DNA from: Lytechinus pictus
Lineage: Eukaryota
Direction: 5' to 3'
DNA length: 64,000 bases
Assembly (NCBI RefSeq): GCF_037042905.1
Contig: NC_087251.1
Span: forward strand, 31,622,001 to 31,686,000
Numbering within the stretch: position 1 is the first letter of the stretch; each line of letters starts with the position of its first letter. Under the pieces are notes generated by a model. It had not been told where the DNA came from and did not search any database. It was given only the letters and a program-made list of their open reading frames with translations. Both the position numbers and the translations under genes were made by a program. Of this stretch, positions 38,258 to 50,292 are shown one piece after another.

Positions 38258-39436
38258 AAACAAGTGGAACGCCTCTGGCAGTCTCGCCTGCATTACGCGA
38301 TTTAATATAGCAGCAGTGCTAACTTTGAAAACTACTATAAAATAATCATTCACAAAAACACCATTCATATAATGACATAATACCACGTTCATTGACCATA
38401 AATGACATTTGAACGGTGACTTAAGACTTGCCAACTACATCCATGTCCACATTTCATTCACTCTCTCTATAAACTTTCAAAGTTATGATGGCAATTCAAC
38501 AATTACCCGAACATGGCCTAAGTTTATTGACCTTAACTGACCTTTGACCTTGGTTTTGTGACCTGAAACTCACAGGGGATGTTCAGTGATACTTGATTAC
38601 TCTTATATCCCAAGTTTTATGAACTAGATCCATAAACTTTCAGTTAGGATGGTAATTTAACAAATACCCCCAACACGGCCAAAATTCATTGACCTTTAAT
38701 GACCTTTGACCATGGTCATGTGACCTGAAACTCGTACAGGATGTTTAGTGATACTTGATTACTCTTATGTCCAAGTTTTAAGAACTAAATCCGTAAACTT
38801 TCAGAGTTAGGATGGTAATTTAACAAATACCCCCAACATGGCCAAAGTTCATTGACCTTAAATGACCATTGACCATGGTCATGTGACCTGAAACTCGCAC
38901 ATGATGTTTGCTAATACTTGATTAACCTTATGTCCAAGTTTCATGAACTAGATCCATAAATTTTCAAAGTTATGATAGTAATTCAACAAATACCCCCAAC
39001 TTGACCAAAGTTCATTGACCCTAAATGACCTTTGACCTTGGTCACGTGACCTGAAACTCGAGCAGGATGTTCACTAATACTTGATTAACCTTATGCCCAA
39101 GTTACATGAACTAGGTCCATATACTTTCTAAGTTATGATGTCATTTCAAAAACTTAACCTTCGGTTAAGATTTTGAAAATAATTCTCCCAACATGGTCAA
39201 AGTTCATTGACCCTAAATGACCTTTGACCTTGGTCATGTGACCTGAAACTCAGGCAGGATGTTCAGTAATACTTGATTAACCTTATGTCCAAGTTTCATG
39301 AACTAGGTCCATATACTTTCTAAGTTATGATGTCATTTCAAAAACTTAACCTTAGGTTAAGATTTGATGTTGACGCCGCCGCCGCCGCCGTCGGAAAAGC
39401 GGCGCCTCTAGTCTCGCTCTGCTATGCAGGCGAGAC
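38258..39436 (-). mobile_element. Helentron-associated element, paralog of 17939-18892
   Basis: Same termini (AAACAAGTGGAACGCCTCTGGCAGTCTCGCCTGCAT ... ATGCAGGCGAGAC) and ~162-bp repeats. Confidence 0.85.
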
Positions 39437-39718
39437 AAAAAGTACAAGACAAGTCAAACTGATTCATTGAGAAATAGCATCACAAGATATCCCAGCTCAC
39501 AAAAAAGTTTACAAAACTTCTTACAGGAAAAATTACCGAACTTGAAGAAAACGTATGAGTTTCAAAAGAGCAAGGCGCACAAAAGGGGACTTTTTTCACT
39601 TCCCACTGTTGTAAATTTGATTTTTTTTTCTTGTAAATTGTATTATCTTCTTTCTCAAATTCTAGTTGAAATGATGCTATTTTTTAATTTTAATACTTAA
39701 TTCCAGTTATACATGTTG

Positions 39719-39881
39719 TATTTGCATATGGTGTAATGTGTATGTTTCACTCTACTTATGCCAACTTGTCTTAAGTACTCTTTTCTCTCTCTACTCATGC
39801 ATTTGCATATGGTGTAATGTGAATGTTTCACTCTACTTATGCCAACTTGTCTTAAGTACTCTTTTCTCTCTCTACTCATGC
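39719..39881. repeat. Near-perfect ~81-bp tandem duplication
   Basis: ATTTGCATATGGTGTAATGTG...CTCTACTCATGC occurs twice. Confidence 0.9.
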
Positions 39882-40443
39882 CAAATTTGTCCTAGTTCTC
39901 TTTTCCCTCTCTGCCATTGACCAATTGTTTAGGAGCTCTGCTTCCTCCTCTTTGTTCATTGGTCAATTACTTACTACCTTTTCAGGGTTATCACTAATCC
40001 AGGTACCCCCTTAAGGGATTGATTTGTACTTGGATGTGCACCATTGCAGTCAGACCGCAGGTCTCTATGCTAATGAGCAAAAAGGCCAGATTCATCCAAA
40101 TCATCTCGTGGCTGAATCCTCCTCCTTGCAAAATCTCGTGATTCGTGAGATTTTCTTTCTCTAAGAATTTACTTGTTTTAACCCCAAATTAAATGAAATA
40201 TTATTGGACCATCATATAGAGTAAATGTTACTCTTTCATATTGGTCATTTATTTTTTATACAATATTTTGTTAAATAAGTAAATTTCTGGCCTGAAAATG
40301 TGCCTCAAAACTGAATTTTCTTCCTCTGTTTTCTTTTGCAAATTGTGCAAAATTTTTTATTTTGAGCCTCAATGGTATCAATATCACCATAAAGCTGAAT
40401 TTCTGTACTTTCTCACAATGCCACTCTTGATATGCGGCACCTT

Positions 40444-40737
40444 TTAATCGGGTCAAGATCACACTTTTCCCACCGAGGTACAAGACGAGATTTCTCAAAT
40501 TTTGTACTTGCACGAAATCCAGAGTTCTGATTGGCTGGATAAGGTTCACAGAACAACAGGCGCGGGGTATTTGAGGAGATTACCACATGGGAAGTGTGAC
40601 CTTCCCATGAACCCAGGCACTGGAGCCGTTGGAATTTGCCATTGTGTGGTCTCTCTGACCAATCAGAGTGCAGTATTCTTGTTTTCAAGCTGCTTTATGT
40701 ACTTGGCAAATGAAAAGTGTGATCTTGACCCGATTAA
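40444..40737. mobile_element. Small MITE with TTAATCGGGTCAAGATCACACTTTT termini
   Basis: Perfect ~26-bp inverted termini; nested in an older degenerate inverted-repeat element (about 40030-41140). Confidence 0.75.
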
Positions 40738-41298
40738 ACCAATTCCTATTTTGAAACATTTATCATTTTAAAGCATACATATTCAGCTTTATCATGGTCT
40801 AAAAATCATTAGGGCTCAAACAAAAATAAAGTGTGAAAATAGCAGCTTTTGTCAGGTGAAAATAATTATTTTGTAGCATATTTTAGATCAAAATTTTAAC
40901 CTATATTACAAAATCTTTGAATAAATTCAAACATGTGACCTGAAAGGATTATTCTTCTTCTTTACAATGATACCAAATTCATGAAATTCGATGCACAATT
41001 AGAGCAGCAATGACCGAATGAAAAGAGGTGTTTTGGTCCGCATCAAGCTCATTAAATATGCAAAACATCTCAAGTCATGAATATCACTTGGATGAAAGAA
41101 GCCACTTTCTTGGGACCTGCCATCTGACTGATTGCACTTTGTTATAAATTGGCTAGGGAGAGTGTCCGGTTACTCATGACTATAAAATATATGTGCTTTA
41201 AAGCAAGAATGAAACAATATGATTTTAGTAGTGATGAAAAAATATAATTCTATATATTTTTGTTGTCCTCTTAACAATAACAGTAAGGAAGAAATTGA

Positions 41299-42042
41299 GG
41301 GTGTGTTTATGCTTCCATTGCGAGGACAGAATCAGCGCTTTCAAACGTTGTTTCAAAACGCCGATCGTAAACGTGGTTCTGGGAGTGCTGTTTATGCTTA
41401 ACTTTTCATAGGCAAAATCACGAACTCCAGCTGGCTTTGCATCGTAATTTTCGTCTAGCAGGAAAGCGAGGTCAAATTGGGCGCGCCCTTTTTCAAAAGT
41501 TTTTTTTTGAGTGTTGTTATGGGGAAGGTACGTCGACTGTTATTCAAACATCGAACAATTTCCGATATTTTAGTCATTGCATGGAGCTACTTGACATAGC
41601 CATATAATTTTCACCATGATGAGGATAATAATAAGAAAAAATAAAGAATATTAAAGTATATGTAGTAAAATAATAAAACATATTTGTTTATGCTACTGGG
41701 GTATCTGGCGATGTCTCCTCATTATAACTCATGTTCCAGGTTTTTTTTTTTGTAAATCCCTCAACATTCATCGTGATGACAAATTGGAAGAGTAATACTA
41801 GTGATAAAAATTAAATCAATTATCACACATGCAAATGTAATAAATTAGCTAAGAGGTAATTACGTGGAGATAACATGCGACCATGGAGCAATGCGACTGT
41901 ATTTGCCCGCAGATTTTCATCTCACCAGAAGCATGTACCAAATGACATCATTTAAACGTGTTTACGATCGTGGTTCTGTTTAGGGTTAATCACGTATGGA
42001 AACACTGATTCTGTCCTGAAAAGTGGAAGCATAAACAAGGCC
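41299..42042. mobile_element. Harbinger-like MITE
   Basis: TGTTTATGCTTCCA..GGACAGAATCAG / CTGATTCTGTCC..TGGAAGCATAAACA inverted termini. Confidence 0.7.
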
Positions 42043-42186
42043 ATAGATTATTCACTTGATGATAATGTAAATCCTTTATTTATTCACTTTGAATTACATT
42101 ACGTCGCGTAACGTTGGGGAAGTACAATAAGAAACAAGGCTATGGGTACCCACTCATCCTACGAACGCCCCGACCCAGGGAGCTCC

Positions 42187-42351
42187 TAGTCTGCAGGCAC
42201 AGACCCTCATTGGAACTTTGATCAACAAGTGTGCCTCCACGCAAAGACTAGCACATACAAAACCTTCGCGAGAGAGCCTTCAGTACACAAGGCATGAGTA
42301 GGCTGCACATTCAGACCCTTAACTCGAGCGAAGGGTTTGCCCAGCAGACTA
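42187..42351. mobile_element. 165-bp AcademH-like element, 9-bp TSD GGGAGCTCC
   Basis: TAGTCTGC...GCAGACTA termini; paralog at 57138-57300. Confidence 0.85.
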
Positions 42352-42594
42352 GGGAGCTCCGGCCCGCTTCACACTTCACTGCACCGCTACCCGCTATATA
42401 CGGTACCATTCCGTACCTTGGCTTGGGCGAAGTTCGTGCGAAGGATTCATATGCTGACCTAACCCTAGCGCAGCGGGCCGGAGCCCAGGGGCTTACCGTG
42501 TAATTCACCATACCCACGGTAGTAGCATGAAGTATGATCTAAATAATTTTAAGAATAAATAGTTAAAACAGAAATTAAGCACTTACCACGATTA

Positions 42595-45500
42595 GGCCAA
42601 GTAAAAAAAGTTAGTAGTTGATCGTCCGGGTTTTTTTAGAGCAGTGATGAGGGAGGTCTTTACTATTTGCTATCTTACTATTTTTTTTAAAAACAAGGAG
42701 GCATTTTCTCGGCCCGTTTTTTGACTTCAGTAATGAGGGAGGTCCTTACTATTTACTATTTTTTTTGCTATTTTTTAATCAAATGATTGTCAGGCCATGT
42801 CAAGCTTGAATTATGTGATCGATGCATGCTCAATATTAATAATAAATGAGTAGAAATATATATATATATACAATTGATTGGAAATCTATGGAAAACGCAA
42901 GGCTCGACATTAGCGGTGGCCCGGTGGCCCAGGGCCACCAAAAATTCACCTCGGGCAACCATTATTGATAAAATATTAAGTTTTGGTGGCCCGAATCGGG
43001 CAACCAATAATTTTCAAAGTAGCGCAATTTTTCTCCCAATTTTGCACGCATTTATCAACTTTCTACAGCTCAAATTGCAAGCCAGTTCGTCATGCGCCCT
43101 TTTTGTTGATCTACACACAAATACACACACACGAAGTTTGCATATTAGGCCTACAGCTATAGCATACAGTAGCTATTATCCAGCCAGCCGCGCCGGCCGG
43201 CTGGCGTGAGCTTTGCATGAAGCCACTGCATACAGCTGTGCTCTAGATCTAGCTCAGACCATTCAGACTCAGGGAGCTGCGATAAAAAATGTTGCTGCTG
43301 AGAAATCTTCCACAGAACTTTGAAAATCTAAGTCAAAGTCACCTTTTACCCCAATGAAATGCAATTCTACCGTCTATAATACGAAAATCTGGTGTACCCT
43401 GATTATTTGCAAGTATTAAGAAGAGGAATTATGACCTCTCTTTTGACTCAAAAAGACCGATTTCCACATGAATTAATACACATAAAAACACATAGGCAAG
43501 TACATCACAGTCCCACGTGTGCATTTGTATGTATGTTGATACTTGGTTTATATCGAAGCTGTGTATTTTCTAGCCTTAAACAGACAGACAGTTTCTTTCT
43601 TTCTTGTTTATATAAAATGACTTCTTAAACCACTCTTGAGAAAGTAAATACTTTGGGAAGGCATTTCATTGATATGAAATGTTATTTTTTTTCCAACATT
43701 TTGGCAAATATAGGGAAGGACTTTTCTCACACTTTTTCCAGATATAGTTTTTGCCGTTTTCTTTCTTTATTTTTTCATTTTTTTTTTACAGTGGTTAAAC
43801 CATTTATACCCCTTCCCATTGAATATGCCTGATTAAAAAATATGTTTCTACTGAAAATAAAATAATACAAACTAAAGGATATAAAAATAGAAATGTGCCA
43901 TTCCCAAAAGGTAAGTGAAAATTATTTGCCTAGCTTTTAATTATATTCCAGTCAGAATAGACTGTTGCCACAGCTGTTAAAAAATATATGTAATGGCTTC
44001 TTAATTTTCCCCTTTTCCCAATTTTTATATTAACTTTGTTTTATTAATTTTTCTTTCATTTTCTTTTCTTTTTTCTCTCTAATTTTTTTCTTTTTTCCCT
44101 GTTCTTTGTTTTTTTCTTTCTTCATTTTCTTTCTTTTGTTTTATTTCACTAATTTCTTTTATTATTTTTGTTTTCTTTTTGTTATATACTTTTTGAAAAT
44201 TATTATTTTCTGTGATTTTCTCCTATAATATGCTGCAAAAGAGAAAACAGAAATAAACTGGATTTGGGGCATGCATAATCTAGGTTTTAGGATTCAAAGA
44301 GGAAGGAAGGAAAAACCATTGTTTTGTACATCTATCTGAGTTTGCTATGCACTATTTATTTACTTTACCATTATCTCTATACAGAGATTTCAAAAAAAGT
44401 CCACACAACCTGCGAACAATACAATTCATTTATTCACTTTCAATCATTTCATTTTTACAACGATAGAAACAATTATCAATTAGCAAAGTAAAATAACAGC
44501 AAACAAGGTTTACATACAAGATGTATAAAGTGAAAGTAACTTAGTGGTAGTGGCTGCAGAATTAATATTTCAGAAGTTTGTTTTATTCATTTTTAATGTT
44601 TTTCTTTATATTTTTCGGGCCACCAAACTTTAATATCGGGCCACCAAAAAAAATGATTTGATGGTTTTGGTGGCCCGAACGGGCCACCACCAAAAAAAGT
44701 TAATGTGGAGCCTTGGAAAACGTATTATGCGATAAAAATCTATTGATGTATTAATTACTGATGTATACCGGTACTGTATTGTTGTAAAACAAAATGTTCA
44801 TGTCAAGTGAATGATTTAAACATTATACTATATTAATATATGTAACAATTATGTAAGGGTAAAAATGCATGGGGGGTCATTTTTATTACCATGGAGCCAT
44901 GTTCAGTTTTCCAGAGCCAATCTCTTTTTTAGCTCTGGGTATGGTTTTGCATCGCAGTTTCCAGCTGCTTGTATATTCGTTTAAATAATGTTTAATACTG
45001 TTCAATTTTTATTCATTCTTTAATTGATATCAAATGTTAAATGATTATTGAATTAATTGTTAATTGTACACATAAATGTTTATTGTTTCAATATTTGTAA
45101 CTGTTAGTGTTAGATCTATTTACTATTTAATACTAACTATTTTTTTTACAATTGTCCATCAAATTGAATAGCTCAAGGAAGAATGAAGTTGATCAAATTT
45201 GAACAGAATTGGCACTTTATACTGGAATCCCATTAATGATTTTCAATCTTGATAATGAATAACCCACTTGAAATTATTATTTTTTTAAATATTCAATGCA
45301 TTGCCTGCTGACGTTAGAAAACTCGCCAGAAAATTCAATTCATTTCACCAATTCACATGTCGCGCCATCACAGTCAATCATATCATCCCAACACACATGC
45401 ACAGTCAATCACTGTACCAACACACATCTAAGTACAGGCCCCGTACAGGCGCTATCACTCACCAAAATACCCCGCTGAAATACAAATTACGTCATTAAAA

Positions 45501-46002
45501 TTGATTCATCTGCGCCATATTTCCAAAGCATGCGACGGATTAGTTCAGATTCAGGAAGCGGGGTCCCCGAAAATGCACTAAATATGAAGAAATCTGTGAT
45601 CTTTTCCGAGTTTGCAAACTTTATTTTCTCGCTAATTTATGATGGTATCTTAAAAATTCCAATAAAAAAACAAATCAGAATTTTTTTTCTTTCTTGCAGT
45701 TACGGCGATATCGGACTTTGTAATTGTTTTTGAAGTTGCGAGAGAGATTCCAGAGCACATGAGAGCAAATTGCTCACCAATCTTGTGATTTTTTTTCGCT
45801 ATTCAGCAGCCATAAAAATAGTAAATATCAAGAAAATTGATGCTGCAATCAAAAAGGGAAGCAGGCGCGAACGAAAAACATCACAATTTTTTTTTTTTTT
45901 TTTTTGCCAATTTTGGAAAATAGTAAATAGTAAAAAATTTCATGCGGCGGCAAAAATAGATGCGCGCGAGGACGATCAACTACTTTCTTTTTTTACTTGG
46001 CC
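42595..46002. mobile_element. Zator/Harbinger-like non-autonomous element, 33-bp TIR, TTA TSD
   Basis: TTA|GGCCAAGTAAAAAAAGTTAGTAGTTGATCGTCC ... GGACGATCAACTACTTTCTTTTTTTACTTGGCC|TTA. Confidence 0.85.
42898..44715. mobile_element. P-element-like non-autonomous transposon, 7-bp TSD GAAAACG
   Basis: TIR CAAGGCTCGACATTA / TAATGTGGAGCCTTG; GGGCCACC subterminal repeats. Confidence 0.85.
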
Positions 46003-46453
46003 TTATATGGATGAAGGTCTAACGAGTGGCAGCTTCCTGACATCGAGGCACAGACTGGAACCTCAAAAAACGAAAAGTTAGGTCGCGAAACAAAATGGCC
46101 GATCGAGACCGAGGCTATATAGCACTAGCGCATATAGACTTTGTCAAATTCGCGCATGCCGCAAAACAAAATGGCCGATCGAGACCGAGGCTATATAGCA
46201 CTAGCGCATATAGACTTTGTCAAATTCGCGCATGCGCCCTACACCCTCGGTACTGGTCTCGAACGGCCATTTTGCTATGAATTCTGAAAGAAGGAGAGCT
46301 ACCGCGACAGAACTTTTCGTTTTTTGAGGTTCCAGTCTGTGCCTCGATGTCAGGAAGCTGCCACTCGTTAGACCTCCATCCATATAATCGTGGTAAGTGC
46401 TTAATTTCTGTTTTAACTATTTATTCTTAAAATTATCTAGACCATACTTCACG

Positions 46454-46903
46454 TAGACCAAAAGCTTCGGTCTCTCTTAATGTTGGTTGTTCAGCTGAAC
46501 TCCGTTGGCTTCACTCACCAAATACATGCAGAGACCGAAGTTCTAGCGCGATCTGTACAGGGGACTCAATGGCCATGTTTATGTATTAAGTTTGGATAAA
46601 ACAGGGAAGTGCAGTTGCGCGACAGCCGAGGTAAGTCACTGTTTTCGTTTCTTTTAACTTGATTTTTCCCTGTTTTTTGGCAATTAATGCCAAGAGGGAA
46701 TATTAATTTGCATTTCGGTCGTGTTAATTTTCAAAATTTGATTCATTAAACAGTTAAAAGACAAAAATTGAAGAGCCCCGACGGGGGGATTCTGCATGGT
46801 AAGTCCCCTAATGGTGGCTGCACGATAGTGAGCCGTCTGTGTACGAGGGAAACAAAAAAAAAAGTTAAAAAACTCCTCGAAACAGACGGCTGCCAGCTGT
46901 CTA
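46454..46903. mobile_element. AcademH-like element, 9-bp TSD TACTTCACG
   Basis: TAGAC...GTCTA termini; its 5' hairpin module also occurs at 13477-13562. Confidence 0.75.
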
Positions 46904-47010
46904 TACTTCACGCTACTACTACAGTGGGTATGGTGAATTACACTGTAAGCCTCTGGCTCTGGGCTCCGGCCCGCTGCGCGGGCCGGAGCTCCCTGACCCT
47001 GAGACTGGGT

Positions 47011-47828
47011 GCGCGTTTCCGTTTTACACCCTGGCGAAGGCAATCTCCGTAAAAATAGCTACAAAGCGACTAGTGAAGAGTCTACACACGTCGCTGGTGC
47101 CTCCCCACACCACCGCATCTACACCACAGAGTTATGATCTACACTTAACTCCTGCACAGAGTTCAGTGGCCAGTGGCCACACGGCCAAGGATGTTCATGT
47201 ACAGAGAACAGTCATGAATTAAATCCCCTTTAAATCCGCACATGCTTTTGCGGTAGCGTTTGTATAGACAAGGAGGTGAACAATTCGGGCAATAACCAAA
47301 ACTAATTTAGTTAGCAGTACAGCATGTAGAGTTGTTTCCACTTATAATTGATTCATATAATGATTCTAAACGATGAATTAAAACATACTAGTTAGTAGCT
47401 GTAGTAGTAGTACTCGGTGGTAGTAGGATTAGTAGAACTCAAGACTAGAACTAGTCTCAACTAGTAATTTAATTCATCGCTTAGAATCATTATGAAACAA
47501 TTATTATAAGAGGAAACAACTAGACTTCGATCTACATGCTGTAGATTCTCCTTTGTTTTGTACTATTATTATTCTTGTCTTATCATTATTATTACCGCTT
47601 ACTAGATTTATTTTGTCTATTGCCCGAATTTTAGGTTTTCACCTCCTTGTGCTACAAACGCCACTGACGGTAGCCACTTTACTCTGTGCTGGTGTTCAGT
47701 GGCTGTGTAGATTGCATGCGGTGGTGTGGGGAGAAACCAAACCAGCGACGTGTGTAGACTCTTCACTAGTCGCTTTGTAGCTATTTTTGCGGAGATTGCC
47801 TTCGCCAGGGTGTAAAACGGAAACGCGC
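47011..47828. mobile_element. MULE-like foldback MITE, 9-bp TSD AGACTGGGT
   Basis: >100-bp near-perfect TIR GCGCGTTTCCGTTTTACACCCTGGCGAAGG...; the whole element is an imperfect palindrome. Confidence 0.85.
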
Positions 47829-48522
47829 AGACTGGGTTAATGCTGACCTGGACGGTGGCTGGTGCACGAGAATCTTTAATCACACCCTTTTTGCTCAAAT
47901 AACAATGACATACCGGTACCATTATAGCTAAGATTTATAATTGTGCTATGACACTTACCGAACCATATGGATCGTTTGTTGAATTCTCTTTGCTGTTTTT
48001 TTAATAAAAAAAAAACATTTTTGCTTGATCTTCACGTTGATGCCTCCTGATCAGCGTGGATATCAATTTTTGCCTAAAGAGGGCGCGCGATATTTTGTAC
48101 CGTTTGTCTGCAGCTTGTATGGCAGTGTATCCTATCGCCGGACACCTTTATTTCAGTGCTTTAAAAATGACAACTAGAGGAAATACAATCAAGAAAAATT
48201 CGCACTTGCTATTCCAAATATTATGAAAATTATGGATATGGTAAAATTATTTTATATTTACCAACCATTTTCTTTGCATCGCACTTGCCGCATACCCCTC
48301 CACGAAAAACAGTTATTATCGTGCGTGACAAATTACATCATGATTCCGGACGCGCGCCGGACGGGTAAAGATATTCAACATAAATTTTAGGGGGGGGGGG
48401 GGGGTCCGTCCCCCACCTAAAATTTAGGGCGGACAGGTCCGCCGCCTATGCTATATGAACAAACTGGGGAGAGGATACTTGAAGAGGGTGGGTGTGACGG
48501 AGGGGGAGAGACACACTCTTAA

Positions 48523-48725
48523 AAGGGCGAGTCCACCTCATGGAAAAGATTTGAATAGAGAGAAAAAACACACAACAATACTGAAAATTTATTCAAAATC
48601 GGAAGTAAAATATGAAAGTTATGACACTTTAAAGTTTCACTTAAGCGATGAAATATTTAGTGTTATGCTTGTTTGATTTTTCTCTATTTATTCAAATCAA
48701 TTTTCTTTTGGGGTGGACTTGTTCT
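48523..48725. mobile_element. Internally deleted Kolobok-like MITE
   Basis: Ends similar to 3866-4482, with TTAA flanks. Confidence 0.7.
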
Positions 48726-49004
48726 TTAAATAAAAGGGGTTTCAAGCCCACGTGTTATATAAGCCTGCATAACCTAGAAAGTCCTCGCCCTATCCTTAAG
48801 ATGTTATTTGGCAATGCCTCCAAAATACCCCAAGACAAGTCAAGGATTTCATCCATTCTTCCTCGGGTGAGAAAAACACCAACCCCTTCAAAATTATGTT
48901 TCCGAAATGTACTGGGAGTCTGGGACAGTACTATGTTTTCAAGAAAATTGAGTATTGTGGCACCTGGCACCTTAAATATGTGAAGTTTTGTATCAAGTAA
49001 TGAG

Positions 49005-49868
49005 GGGCCCGGCCCCCCCCCCCCCTATTGGCGGAGCAAAAAAAAGGGAAAGAAAGAAAAAAAGGGAAAGAGAGGAGAAAAAAGAAGAGGAGGAAGAAGA
49101 TTGAATAAAAAAGATTAAAATGAGGGGAAGACTTGGAAAATAAAAAGAATCTTTCATTAGGCCTATATAAAATTTTCGCTCGCGCTTCGCGCTCGCATTG
49201 CCTGTTAGGTTATTTACATAACTTGTTCAATATGGAGCTTAAAAATCAAGTTTGGAAGTTAATATACAAAACATATTTCACCTCGGAAATCGAACTTTCA
49301 TTATTTTGTGTGATTTACAAACTGATTTTTATAAAGTGCTCTGTAAAAAATGTCAGTTCTATGGTTAGAATATAAACATTTTCTGCTCGCGCGGCGCGCT
49401 CGCAAATTTTGATTTATCAGGTACTTATCAATTTTCGTGTATTCCATAAAGTTTTCAAAATATCCCTTTTCATGCCTGATTGTCAAAACGTATCAGCTTG
49501 TGCTGCACGCTCGCATTTTGATTGGCGAGCTATGTACTATGTGACAATATTGATTACACAATAAACTACTTAAAATCCCCTTTTCATGACAGTGTATCAA
49601 AAATTTCGGCTCGCGATTTGCACTCGCATTAATTCGGTGCCCTCATTATGCACTGAGATCAATTTAATAATTAAATTGTCCCTTCTGTTTCATCTCGCGC
49701 TTAATTAGCAAGAGGAATAGAAAGATAGTCATCAGTTTCATATGATGACATGTCCTAAGGATGTCCCGGTCCTATATGTCAAAACTCAAAGTAATAATAA
49801 TGAAAAATATCAGCTCTTTATTAAGTGCGATCCATCCACCTCACAAGCGAAGGCTGGATCCGCCCCTG
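49005..49868. mobile_element. Deleted copy of the GGCGGATCC-TIR (hAT-like) family
   Basis: Colinear with 50293-51480; ends GGCTGGATCCGCCCCTG. Confidence 0.8.
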
Positions 49869-50292
49869 AATATTGGCGATTATATTTCGAACTGAGTATC
49901 TTCTGCTCATTATTGGATTGGTATAATGGTCAAATGGAGGCATGTTTCTTTTTTCTTTCAAATGAATGAGTTGTAATGAATAAGCTTGTAAATATTGTGC
50001 ATTGGTCATATATGTTGGCAGGGCGAGTGTATGAGTGATTGATTAATTTGGCCATGGGCGAAAATCCCAGGGGGGACAGGGGGGACGTGTCCCCCCTACT
50101 CAAAAAAGTAGGGGGGGGGGGGACACAATATCAAATGTCCCCCCTACTATTTCTTGTCTTTTATGATGGTAAGAAATACATCATTCTAAATCGAAATAAA
50201 ACATGTATTTTGGGACGAGTTGGGACGAGATGACCGTACTTTTGGGATGATAACCTTTTTTTTCCTTGTCAAATTTCCCCGCACGTTGTCCC

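Larger units (their letters stand above)
42460..47839. mobile_element. Palindromic AcademH-like host element (relative of 21889-22416), 9-bp TSD ATGCTGACC, expanded by nested insertions
   Basis: TAACCC...GGGTTA termini; ATGCTGACC at 42451-42459 and 47840-47848; 42470-42594 mirrors 46385-46453 plus 46904-46980. Confidence 0.8.
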
